DNA of 54,288 nt, the filler included, from Catajapyx aquilonaris (Eukaryota), in NCBI GenBank assembly GCA_000934665.2. It is 2 parts of 2 records of this genome, joined end to end, with 100 filler letters (N's around TTAATTAATTAA, not from the genome) between each part and the next. Parts side by side here need not be neighbours in the genome. Positions count along the whole stretch, not along the records: positions 1 to 27,104 come from JYFJ02005111.1; 1 more part is not named here. The stretch is one strand, 5' to 3'. Numbering within the stretch: position 1 is the first letter of the stretch; each line of letters opens with the position of its first letter. Position numbers and translations under genes: made by a program. Positions 12,231 to 23,046 of this stretch are shown piece after piece. The notes under the pieces were generated by a model. That model did not search any database. It saw nothing but the letters and a program-made list of their open reading frames with translations, and was not told where the DNA came from.

Positions 12231-12407
12231 TGGGTGCAAGGTGCAATGTCGTAGCTATGGGTCATGTGCTGTTCCCCAGGAGGTTAGGTTGCCAGACACC
12301 TCCTTGGTCAGAGACCCTCCTGACGCAGGTGAAAGGAAGGTTCCCCACCTGTGGGGCCTTTCACTCAGCAAGCCGAGACGTTACCATCTCGGCCACCACA
12401 CCTCCCC
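12231..12407 (-). mobile_element. SINE fragment
   Basis: Minus-strand head GGGGAGGTGTGGTGGCCGAGATGG (A-box-like); absent from the opposite foldback arm. Confidence 0.5.
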
Positions 12408-12583
12408 GTTTTATGCGGTATTGTACTGTACGTACTGTACTTGTAAGTTTATAATATTTGGTGTTGGAATTACCCCATTTTTACCACAAATTTTTCTTAT
12501 AAATGCTGTACGTGTACGAAGCATTAATATTAACTGTCAGAGATACAAAATAGTCAACAGCATTCAAAAACCACAAGTAACAT

Positions 12584-12693
12584 CCCAGGTAGCACAAAAA
12601 GTTGGGCCAATATTGGAGCCAATATTGGCCCAATATCTAAGATATTGGGCCAACATTCGTCCAATATTGGCCCAACTTTTTGTGCTACCTGGG
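12584..12693. mobile_element. CACTA/EnSpm(CMC)-like MITE with 2-bp TSD
   Basis: CCCAGGTAGCACAAAAAGTTGGGCCAATATTGG TIRs with AT duplicated. The left arm shows the empty site (reverse complement GTAACATCGCAG). Confidence 0.85.
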
Positions 12694-12749
12694 ATCGCAG
12701 AAGAGGTGGATGGCAGTATATAGGGCAGCCAGCTGCTATCGTAACTTAT

Positions 12750-12825
12750 GTACTATCGGCATCAAATACTTTTGCCATTTTATCATGGTCTTGAAGCAAC
12801 CCTTCGGACAGATCCCACGTTAAGG

Positions 12826-12858
<33 letters not shown>

Positions 12859-12916
12859 GGGGTTGCTTCAAGACCAGGATAAAGTGGCCAAAAGTATTTG
12901 AACCCGATATAGTACT
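12750..12916. mobile_element. MITE with (TG)n core
   Basis: Arms AAATACTTTTGCCATTTTATCATGGTCTTGAAGCAACCC / GGGTTGCTTCAAGACCAGGATAAAGTGGCCAAAAGTATTT. Confidence 0.7.
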
Positions 12917-13376
12917 GTACCCGTACTCCGGACAATGACCTTTGACCTCGGAGGGCTTTGGAAAGGTCAGAATTATGTTCCTCGACCCCGAAAACCTAGG
13001 AAATGACATCAGAATGACCACCGCAGCCCAACAGATAGGCCGACAAGCGACAACACGAAATTTTCATTTACGCATTTCTTAAAACTTTGCGCCCCTGTAA
13101 AAAATTAACCAGAAACCTTTGGAGGTGGCTCCAACCTCAAAATACTCCATATTGTGTCCAGATCATGGGAAAAAATTAAAATCTCTTTTGGCTCGAAGTG
13201 CATAATTCGGTCTAGAATCGGCATTAAGCCGCTGGACTAAAATGCATGGGAAGGCAGATGCAAATGAGCATATCAATACCATTACACTAAAACTCAAACT
13301 GCATATAATTGAGATACTGATGTTCGAATTATGAGAGTTTAGAGAAATACTGCATTCCTTCAACATTTCTGGTTCT

Positions 13377-13377
<1 letters not shown>

Positions 13378-13410
<33 letters not shown>

Positions 13411-13930
13411 GGTTATTCCATGATGCGCCTGTGGCCTTTTACGGGATCCTCTTTTAGATGCCCAATTTTGTTATATTGTTGTTCCATGGCAATTTTTTAA
13501 GGAAATGGGAGAACCCTGAGAGAACACACGTGAATATGGAGAGAACCCATCGAAACTCTTTCCACAAGAGAAAGTGTCGTCTGTCAGGGTCACTGGGTCA
13601 GGGATGTAAATCAGGACATCAGAGGTGGTAGGTTGTGACGCTATAAACCCCTACCCAGTGGTTTCCAACCGGGGGGTCGCGAGCAGGGTCGCGGGGGGTC
13701 GCGAGCCTCGGTTAAATGTTGTTTTTTTGTTGCAATTTCTGTGTCAATTGAACCATTTTTGCGGCCGTACAGAGTGTATGTTTTCTGGAAAGGGGGCAGT
13801 TGTAGACGGGGCCGGGGAGGGGAGGAAGCGGGTGGGGGTGGGGGGGGGAGGGTCGCACATTTATGGAAATATGTTTAGGGGGTCGCAGTTGGTAAAAGGT
13901 TGGAAACCACTGCCCTACACCTGCCTCCCT
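13378..13930 (-). mobile_element. SINE with V-domain-like body and (GTT)n tail; head interrupted by a hAT MITE
   Basis: Minus-strand head GGGAGGCAGGTGTAGGG, body GAGTTTCGATGGGTTCTCTCCATATTCACGTGTGTTCTCTCAGGG, and (AAC)n on the plus strand at ~13377-13410. Confidence 0.45.
13656..13912. mobile_element. hAT (Charlie-like) MITE
   Basis: TIR CAGTGGTTTCCAACC / GGTTGGAAACCACTG, GGGGTCGC subterminal repeats, and an imperfect ~8-bp TSD (CCCTAC-C / CCCTACAC). Confidence 0.85.
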
Positions 13931-14985
13931 ATAGTGGGCTCTAAACACTGGGCAAAAAAGGTTGATTCTGAATATGCCATCTGTTTTTCTCAGAAGTGAA
14001 AATAAAGTAGTTTCTTCAGGGCGAGAGATAATTGACCATAAAAATGCATTGTTTGCTAGAGTGAGTTCGTTCATCAGGTGAGGTGACAGCCAGCACAGCT
14101 GGCGGCATTGGGGCAAACAAGATATATATTGAGACAAGGAATAAGAGAATGGACGATAATAGACCTGGATGTGAGAAGGCAGTTGACTCCCCACTCCCAG
14201 ATTCTCTCCCAGCATCATGGTTTGCTAGATTCTTCAGACTTTAAAATGTCTCTTCCACCACTTCCCACCCAATTGACCCACTAGCTTTAGCAGAAGACAC
14301 CTTTCCGGCTCCCTAGAACTCCTTTAAAAACCCCTTTTAACATTAAGCACCATTAGGTTACTTTCTCAATAATTATTTTCCTTATACTCAATTGTAAATT
14401 AGCATTAAAAAAAGGGAGAAAGCATAAGGCTTGTTCACGACTTTGACGAGTAGGAAAATCTGAATTTTTAAAAATAAATTGACATTTAAAAAAATACAGA
14501 GCATTAGTAACATTGAGGCCATCCAGTCAGAATCGTGGGGTAACTCACCACCCCAGTTTGCATTCTAGGATTTAAATGGCCACAAGAATAAGGTGCTAAT
14601 GTCACAGGGTGAGCAGAAAGGTAAAGGAAAGGAACCCTCGGGAAGGAACGTTCCATAGCAGGAGTAAATAAATCAGCAGTGAAAACGCTTTCTAAATTCT
14701 GAATCTGCATTGCCACCAAGTCATAACACAAGCCAAGCAAATATCCCACAACTGTATGCACACACATACTCCGTCCCGTTATCTCCTTTTTGCTTTTTCA
14801 CTATCCCCACTTGCTCGTTGAAACACTGTTCAAATGGAGGCTTGGACATGAACCGGCTCCGAGGATCGTGGCCGCTTCCCTGCCGCACTCCTGGTCAACT
14901 ATAACGGCGCACATCCCCCTCTTGCTTCGGATGATCAGCTTTGTCCTTCCCGTCGTACGTCAATGGCCTCTCTGACGTCGACGTA

Positions 14986-15196
14986 CAGTCGGCTCAAGGA
15001 GTAAGTTGCCAGACCCCTATTTTGTAATTAGCCTCCAACAGAGGTGCTGCCTAGGGGAGTGAGATTTATTGTATCTTTGGGAAGCAGCACCTCTGTTCTT
15101 CCCAAAGATACAATAAATCTCACTCCCCTAGGCAGCACCTCTGTTGGAGGCTAATTTCAAAATAGGGGTCTGGCAACTTACTCCTTGAGCCGACTG
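14986..15196. mobile_element. Tc1/mariner-type palindromic MITE
   Basis: TA-CAGTCGGCTCAAGGAG...CTCCTTGAGCCGACTG-TA with ~98-bp near-perfect arms. Confidence 0.9.
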
Positions 15197-15396
15197 TACA
15201 CTTCCTCCGCTGGGCTACCCACGTGTAACAACTTCCACTGTGACGTTGAGTACTCGCCAAAGTGAGACCGCCAGTCGATTGCCTCCTCGACGTACGGGTG
15301 GTCTCTCTCCTCAGCTGGGCTACACTGGAACTCGTCTGGGTCGTCCTCCTCTGGACCCACAGTTCGTTGGCGGCAGACCTTCCCCCAAGGGGTTAA

Positions 15397-15511
15397 CCAC
15401 TCGACTGTAAAGTGTACACTGGAGTACCAAATTCAAGGAGTACCAAAGAGTATAGTACCTAAGGAGTACATGGGAGTACCACTGCAGGTGTACACCGGTG
15501 TACCGAAGTGG
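15397..15511. mobile_element. Small TTAA-specific element with GAGTAC repeats
   Basis: TTAA-CCACT...AGTGG-TTAA with repeated internal GAGTAC. Confidence 0.65.
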
Positions 15512-15515
15512 TTAA

Positions 15516-16479
15516 GAGGGCCGGGTCATCTCGTTCCCGCCACTTTTCTGGCCGCTTCGAGAGCAAATCCGTCGTACAGACTTGTCTTCAACCTGCCCGC
15601 ATGGGCTCGCTATCACAGATACGGACATGCGGTCTTTTGCCTTGCGCGGAGGATGAACCAGAGCTGCTTCCGGTCCTGGAACGGTTCGAATCAAACAATA
15701 ATAGATCGATTGGCAACATGAAATTCGATTGAGAATCGGCGTCACAAGGGCTCGGCCGTGGAACTGAATATTTAAATTCTGGCGACTGCGAGTAATAGCC
15801 CCACACTTTATCTATTTTCAAACGCATTTTCGAGCCGATTGAATTGTTTTTGTGGCGATTACGTGGGACGAGCTGAGACGCTGTTATCAGTCCAAGACTA
15901 GACAATGTGCGGGCGGTCAACACGCGGCAACGTCGCGTCGGATCCGACTCCTTCCCACCACCCACTCCCCCCACCCTTCCTGGGTGTTGGCTGCTGGCTG
16001 AACTTCGGACGGGTGGGGGAGTGGGTGGTGGGAGGGTTCGGATCCTACGCGACGTTGCCACGTGTGGCCCCCCGCATACTGTCTAGTCTTGGACTGCTAA
16101 CCAGTGCTGCTAACAGCGTCTCAGCTATTCCCACACAATCGCCACAAAAACAGCTCAATCGGCTCGAAAATGCGTTTGAAAAGAGATACAGTGTGGGGCT
16201 ATTACTCGCAGTAGCCAGAATTTAAATATTCGGCTCCACGGCCGAGCCCCTGTAACGCCGATTCTCAATCGAACTTCATGATGCCGATCGATCAATTATT
16301 GTATTTCTAACTGTTCCAGGACCGGAAGCAGCTCTGGTTTATCCTCCATGCAAGGCAAAAAACCGCATGTCCGTATCTGTGATACGCGCCCATACGAGCA
16401 GGTTGAAGACAAGTCTGCACGACGGGTTTGCTCTCGAAGCAGCCTGGAAAAGTGGCGGGAACGAGATGACCCGGCCCTC
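15516..16479. mobile_element. 964-bp palindromic TTAA-specific element (Kolobok-like purine termini)
   Basis: TTAA-GAGGGCCGGGTCATCTCG...CGAGATGACCCGGCCCTC-TTAA; arms ~440 bp. Confidence 0.85.
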
Positions 16480-17604
16480 TTAACCCGTTGCCTTCCCCCG
16501 CCTTCCTCAGTTGGTAGGATCGTCAGGCCCATGTCCGTCCGACGTCTGCCAAGTGCTCATGGCAGAGGACAGCACCATTCCCCGTCGAAATCCTCATCGA
16601 CGGAGTGCTTCCCTCCTTCCAACCAGGATGCGTCGGATGACATCAGTCCTGGATGCCTCCCTCGCCTCCTCCGTTGCCAGGCCGGGCAGCACCCCGAGAG
16701 AATCCTGGTACTGCAAGCGGATCACTCTTCACTGGAGAGTAGCCTACTGGTCCGCTTCTGGTCTTGCCTTCTCGCCTACTTCTCCTCGATCCTTATTGGT
16801 CAAAGATCGAGCCGCTTCTCCCTTCTCTCCGGCATCCTACACTCGACAGGTCACGTTTCTGCTTTTATGCTTCTCTAACAACATTCATGTCCTCATAGGT
16901 GGTGACCTCTTCCCCATGTGACTGCTCAGGTTCAGCTGTGGTGCCATCCATCCGATGAGGTCCATGTCACCAGCCCCCCCCCCCTCCCAACTTTGATCGT
17001 GAATATCTCAGCAATGAATGCAGCACAAACGAAACTTTATGCCGCACAATACAGCACAAACGTACCACAATCGAACGGAATAGTCAAATAGTGCATTNTC
17101 ATCCAATGCTCCCCCCCCCCCTCCCCCGGACGTGGATGACAGCTTCCCCTCCTGCATTGCTTTCTAGTCACCCGGAATAATTGGCCGGTGCAGCTCACCC
17201 GACTGGATCGAATCCTTCCTGGCTGCCTTCGTTGGATTGTCCAGCAGAACGTCCATGTCCAGTTCCCGCTCACTCAACGTCTCTACAGCCTGATTCATGA
17301 CCTCGTCTGGGGTGACCCTCGATGAATCTTCGAGACATTCCTTCTCCCATCCATCACTATCCCGGGTGTTCACAGGCGAGGCATTCTGCTGGCTCTCAAC
17401 AGCATCACACTCAGGTACGACGCGACACTCTCTGGTATGTCCGACGACCTCTGGGCGGCAGTATTCATGTTCATGACCATGGGGGTTTCATCGTTTCTCA
17501 CGGTATCTTTTGGCACTTTGGTAACCCTTTACGGATGCTCGTGTTGGCCCTGAAAAGGGCCGTTTGTAATGTTGGTCCTGAAAATAAGGACCGGTTGTCT
17601 GAAG

Positions 17605-17637
<33 letters not shown>

Positions 17638-17899
17638 GGAGCTCGGTGGTCGGTCGTTCCTCGTTGAAGGCTGCAGATGAAGTGAAGTTGCCCGCGCCTT
17701 GGTGCTGCTTTTTTATAGCCAAGGCGCGGACCTTGTGGAGGTCGAGCCAGAGTTGGTCGACTCTGGCCTTGAATGCTTCTGGCGGGAAATGAGACGGGGA
17801 CAGGATAGGTTTGGAGGCCGATGCGAGTCAGGGGACATTTGTCCGTGAGGTGAAGCCGGCAGGGCATGGCGTGCCTGCCGACTCACCATAGCACCAACT

Positions 17900-18691
17900 C
17901 CATGGGACAACCCCTCACAAGGACGGCCGGTCGTTCCCATGCAATGGTTGGTCGTGCTGCGGAAATCCATACATTCCCAGGATACCATCTCTCCCTTCCA
18001 GCTCCATGACCTGGGGCGAAACGTGATGGGGCCACTCTGGACCATCAATTTGTCCGATTTCCAATGTCTCATACAGTCCACTCGCCACATACAACCTTAC
18101 AGCTTCCTGCCCCTTCTGTATGGGCAGTCTGGTTCTGAGCGCATATGTGCGCATTGTTTCGTGAGCCCTTCCTATAGGAAGGGCTCATGAAACAATGCGA
18201 TGAACCCGAATCTAACAGAAAACGCCATTCTCCTCCTTCACAATGCAACATCACCTCAACACTGTTGACATACACCTGCCTGGCCTCACCGCGTTTCTCC
18301 AACACTAGCGCGTACCGGTACCTATCCTTGGTGCCAGGCGGAGTTTGTTTCCACAAAAATAACACCGCGGCCCGGTTTTCATAAAAACCCCGGTTCTTTC
18401 GGGAAATCCCTATTCTACTTGCAGGGATTTTCCGAAAGAACCGGGCTTGGTGAAACCGGCCCCGCATCGGACCTTTACTACGGGTTCCCAGCTCCAGCTG
18501 CTCCGGTTGGGGTTCCTCCCTCCGTCCGGGATTCTGGCTTGTACGTGTACGCCCTCTTGTAGGTTCCTGACACCCCCCCCCCCCCCCCCCCCCNGTGGAC
18601 GGTCGTAACAATGCAGTGCGGCATCAAACTTGAAAGCGGTCTGCATGGCATCAATAATCGTGACCGGATCGTCACTGTACACGATTACCAT
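17900..18691 (-). mobile_element. Decayed Ty3/Gypsy-like gag (capsid end, zinc knuckle) and aspartic protease
   Basis: After removing two insertions: PVTIIDAMQTAFKFD...PEQLELG...PMRCYFCG...FLLDSGSSHCFMSPSYALRTRLP...VASG...DGILGM...PTIAW. Multiple frameshifts. Confidence 0.75.
18369..18462. mobile_element. Harbinger-like MITE inside gag
   Basis: GGCCCGGTTTTCA...TGAAACCGGCCC with a 3-bp TSD CGC. Excision restores R-CYFC. Confidence 0.75.
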
Positions 18692-19031
18692 TTTGACCTT
18701 TTGCTGGTTTAGGTTTTATTGAGAAGAAGGTTGTGTTACTAATCAAGTTACAGTACACTGAATTTTACATAATTAACAGGAAAGGTAACTGACTTTTGCT
18801 TCTGTGATTGTTGAAAGTAACTTGCTAAAATCACCTACTACCTCGTTTACATGCTTTATAAGTTATAGCATGTAAATGAAGTAGTTTCTTCTCTCTTATA
18901 CTTTAGTAGCTATCACGTTAATTTGTTGTTAATAACATATCATTTCTGCACTTTTATTCCTAGACATTGGGAAAGAGCTCCTTTGAAACATTGCTAGGGG
19001 GTGGCTTAAATGGCCCAATGATTGTTCTTAC

Positions 19032-19119
19032 CTCCAAGAGGCTCCAACTTTATGCTGAGGCTATCGTCATGTTCAGCAGCCACAAGGAAGGCGGGCTCCT
19101 GCAGTTCCCCAAATCCGAA
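19032..19119 (-). CDS. Probable upstream exon of the bZIP gene
   Basis: ttcag|FGFGELQEPAFLVAAEHDDSLSIKLEPLG-G|gtaaga. The phase-1 end fits the phase-1 acceptor at 10183; IKLE is a SUMO-consensus-like motif. Confidence 0.55.
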
Positions 19120-19760
19120 CTGAAATCACATGCCCTCAATTTAGCTCTTGACAATGACTGGTGTTTCAAAAATATTATGGTAAGAATGAAATGACCAGGC
19201 TAGAAAGCTTAATGTAATGCATTGAATACTGCTACAAACTAACACAAAATGGGTATTAATTTTAAGGGAAACTCATATGGCTGATCATCATGGATTCCAT
19301 TCTAGGCCCTCAAGTCCTGTGATGTACAGGAACATGAGTTAAATGGAATTATTGACCACAGCACTCTGAAGCAAAATATTCTGTTTCTAATATTGCTTTT
19401 TATGACGCTACAAGTAGATCAAGACAATATAATTATTATGACTCATGCTGGAAACAAAAGCATTAGAAAGCAATACCCTGTCATATTTGCTCCTACTGAT
19501 TTCCCATCTTCACATCTAAGCAAGAACTGAAAAATGTGACAATTTACGATCAATAGCCTACCAGCACAAAAATTGGCACTGCATGTGTGAGAATATCTCT
19601 GCTTACATAACACCTGCAATGGCTGAAAAGCTTCCCCAGATCTAGAGGACAAGGTAATGCAACCAGACCGGTTCTTTCCTCCCCCCACACCAATATTCCT
19701 TCATGTTCAGTCTCACCTCCCCCTCCCCCCCCCTCCCCCCCAATCATGCCATCAACTGAC

Positions 19761-19948
19761 ATTGCTGCAGCTCTCCTGCTGCCCTTGGTGGACGACCTCG
19801 GCTGACCCCGGGCCACTCCATGGCTCCTCTACTTTCATCATGTGACTGGCACTTGCTCCCTCTCCACCACTGCCACCTGAGGCACCGGGCTGCTCCCACC
19901 TGGATGAGCTTGATGCTTGGCTTGATGGGAACCAGTCTTCTTCAGGTT
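19761..19948 (-). CDS. Probable upstream exon of the bZIP gene
   Basis: ctttctcaag|(E)PEEDWFPSSQASSSSRWEQ...MKVEEPW...ESCSN|gtcagt. The phase-0 end fits exon 19119. Confidence 0.5.
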
Positions 19949-20259
19949 CTTGAGAAAGATAATAACAAATGAGTGAATAAGTAATAGGAAGCTGATACAG
20001 GTTATAATTATGTCAATGATTCAATCATGCTATTTTATGTGTTGCTAAAATAGCAGCATACAATAAGAATCATCTTACTGTATATAATTTTGAAATGAGC
20101 CATTTAAAAAACTTCATTTCCTTCACTCTGGCTTTTGGATTATTATATCATAATGTTATGTACAAAAACCTGTAATATGCTTAAAATAGTTTCCGATAGG
20201 GTTTGGCCATTTTTAAAATCCTTACTTCACGTAGGAGAGATGAAGCGGCACTGTGAGTA

Positions 20260-21305
20260 CTATTAACTGCAAAACTAATGTCGCGACTGTTTATGTGCTT
20301 TTGTGTTTATGTGTTGGTCATCCTGGGCGCTGCCAGGTTACGGACATGTTTATTTGGCGATGTTCCGAATCCACAACACTCTTCTCACCGGTCACGGCCG
20401 CGGTCCCTTGGCCGGACTGTCCGGGTCGCTGTTTGAGAGTGCCGCTACTTATTCGTGCAACTTATTTCTAGTTTGGGATCATACAACTATGTTCACCAGA
20501 CTTTTTTTTTTAGAAAAGCGAAATTTGGCACTTAGGATCGTATTTTGTCAAGGTCACAGGGACATATTTTTCAAACCAGAAAACCGCTATAAGTCACGAG
20601 ATATGACGAGGTCAAAAATGACAACTTTTCCATTCTGACCTTTACAATAACCCGATAATTTCTCTAATTATGCGTCCCACACACATGCAAAATGAGGCTT
20701 AACATTCTACAAGGTAACGCCGAACCCGCAGATAACCTCCAAACTGAAGGGACCCATGACCTGCCAAAATGACATGTAATTTTAATCCTATAATTTTTTG
20801 GAGGTTATCTGCGGGTTCGGCGTTACCTCGTAGAACGTTAAGCCCCATTTTGCATGTGTGTGGGACGCATAATTAGAGAAATTATCGGGTTATTGTAAAG
20901 GTCAGAATGGAAAAGTTTTTATTTCTCGTGACTTATAGCGGTTTTCTGGTTTGAAAAATATGTCCCTGTGACCTTGACAAAATACGATCCTAAGTGCCAA
21001 ATTTCGATTTTCTAAAAAAAATAAAAAAATCTGGTGAACATAGTTGTATGATCTCACATGGAATTACCAAAACTAGAAATAAGTTGCACGAATAAGTAGC
21101 GGCGCTGTCAAACAGCGACCCGGACAGTGCGGCCACTTGCGGGACCGTGCGGCCAAGGGACCGCGGCCGTGACCGGTGAGCAGAGTGCTGTGGATTCCGG
21201 AACTATGCCAAATAAACATGTCCGTAACCTGGCAACGCCCAGGATTACCAACACATAAACACGAAAGCACATAAACAGTCGCGACATTACTTTTGCGGTT
21301 AATAG
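20260..21305. mobile_element. ~1.05-kb palindromic DNA element, TA-flanked
   Basis: TA-CTATTAACTGCAAAA...TTTTGCGGTTAATAG-TA; ~480-bp arms centred near 20770. Confidence 0.85.
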
Positions 21306-22604
21306 TACATTTACATCCACAGATTCAATGCACCTGGGTTGGATCCCAAACCTGGACTTCTCTTTCTGTATCATATGGAGATCATGCTAATCATGCCACA
21401 GATGGATTCTGTACCATGTGTTTCATAATAATTATTGAGCTTATACATCCATATTGCCAGAAATGTCATGTATGTCCACAAGTCCTATTGGTAACTTGAA
21501 GAGGAGGAAAATGAAGGATGAAAGAGGCAATTGTACAAGATGCAAGTATTCTTCTGATGAAGTACAATTGGGCTAACTCAGGAATACCAACTTGTCGCAG
21601 GAGAGTCTGGTGCATTATTTTCAATTGATATGGGTGTAAGCTTAATATATTATAAAACACAATGAATAATATTATATGAAAGGTGGTAGACCTACTGTGC
21701 ATCTCCAACCATGGGGTCAGACAAAATAATGTGACATTAGTCACTCTCCAGTCGTACATGGACACTCCCACTGCTAGATCGTCCTGATGTGTAGACTACC
21801 TGGGACTGGAATGTGCATGATTGACTGGAGAGTTATCAGCCATGCTTGCTGACTATGCTCACCCATTGTTGGAGATGGCAACTTATATTATAAAATCACT
21901 GTCCCATGCAAGATATAACTCACAGGGGGACTCTAAAGTCTGGATACAATCATAGGTAATTGGATTGTATTGTTGGTTTCCAGTTGTGCCAACTAGCAGA
22001 TTGTTAACACTCAATAAAGGATGATTTGGCACAGTTGGCATTTGAAATTGGGATATGAGTGTATACAATCCAACTACCTATACGTATCCAGTCTTTAGAG
22101 TCACCTTGTACTACATGATGAACAAAGTCTATGCAGGAACACCCTTCAAGACAGTGACTCTGGTGCCTTTGGTGTAAGTTTACTTGGTGTAATGAGTCAA
22201 TGTCTCCATATCCTAATACAGTACTTAATCCCTCCATGCATTGATGCAGGGAGGTTAATAAAAATTGATTGATTGATTGATACAGTACTTAGGATACAAT
22301 CATGCTCTGCTGTGAGTATGCTGTAATATTGTGCTGGTGTTGTTCACAATACAATTACACCCTTACCTGCATTATGCAAGTTATTAATGCCATATTCAAG
22401 TTCACACTTAGGCCTAACCTCAGTGATCAATTACATGATTACTCTTAACTGCAGAATTATCACTCATCAGACTGGGTTTCCTACACATTCAGATACAGTA
22501 TCTAGTTTCACAAACCAATTTTGATGCCAAATGATGCCTCCATAACTTAGACTTGGACAGGACTTGTACCACTTGGTGAAACCAACCAGGAACCAGGTGA
22601 CCGT

Positions 22605-22830
22605 TACTCGTCGACCGGCCACGTGTCGCCGCTTGCGTGGAAGGTGGCCGCAGCGCTATCGGGTGTCAGGAAAGAGAAGCCTAACCATGATCATTGCGCT
22701 TGCGCACATTATTTGAATTGTTTACAAATGGCCGACAGATCTTGCCGACAGCTGTCACGTTGTAATAATGTTTTCATGTTAATTTGTGTGAGATCTTCCT
22801 GCAATAGGTGACGAAAAGGTACAGTTTCAA
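22605..22830. promoter_or_regulatory. CpG-rich putative promoter
   Basis: CACGTG at 22620-22625, NRF1-like TGCGCTTGCGCA at 22695-22706, YY1-like AAATGGC at ~22726, in CpG-poor surroundings. Confidence 0.4.
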
Positions 22831-23046
22831 TTCGTTACTTCTGTAAAGGGAAGCACATAGTAGGGGGGTGGCTAGTTATTATCTCATTGTATGGTGAGTA
22901 TGGTGGTGCCACAACCGTCACATATAACTGCATGTGATGTGAAGGTTTTTTTTTTTTGTACAGAGATGTGATTATGGTAATACAGGAGAAAAGATGTCGA
23001 AGTTGCACTTTTTGCCCATGGATATGTGTTGCCAATATTGCCATTA

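Larger units (their letters stand above)
10240..13204. mobile_element. ~3-kb foldback (long-inverted-repeat) element
   Basis: Termini TATGCACTTCGAGCCAAAAG / CTTTTGGCTCGAAGTGCATA. Outer arms 10240-~10987 vs ~12405-13204; inner arms ~11287-11535 vs ~11630-11877. Confidence 0.85.

Noticed and set aside
14960..15310. Chromodomain-like reading of PYVEEAIDWR...WKLLHVG...EEVYV (would imply a chromovirus)
   Set aside because: It lacks the Y-L-V-K-W and T-W-E core and is better explained as an internal ~35-aa repeat.
15470..16921. Many 75-176 aa ORFs on both strands
   Set aside because: They mirror each other because they lie in a GC-rich palindromic element, or are antisense to decayed coding sequence. 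No domain motifs.
1385..18691. dUTPase as part of the retroelement or an endogenous virus
   Set aside because: It has spliceosomal introns and a cellular-type sequence, and is separated from gag-PR by the bZIP exons.
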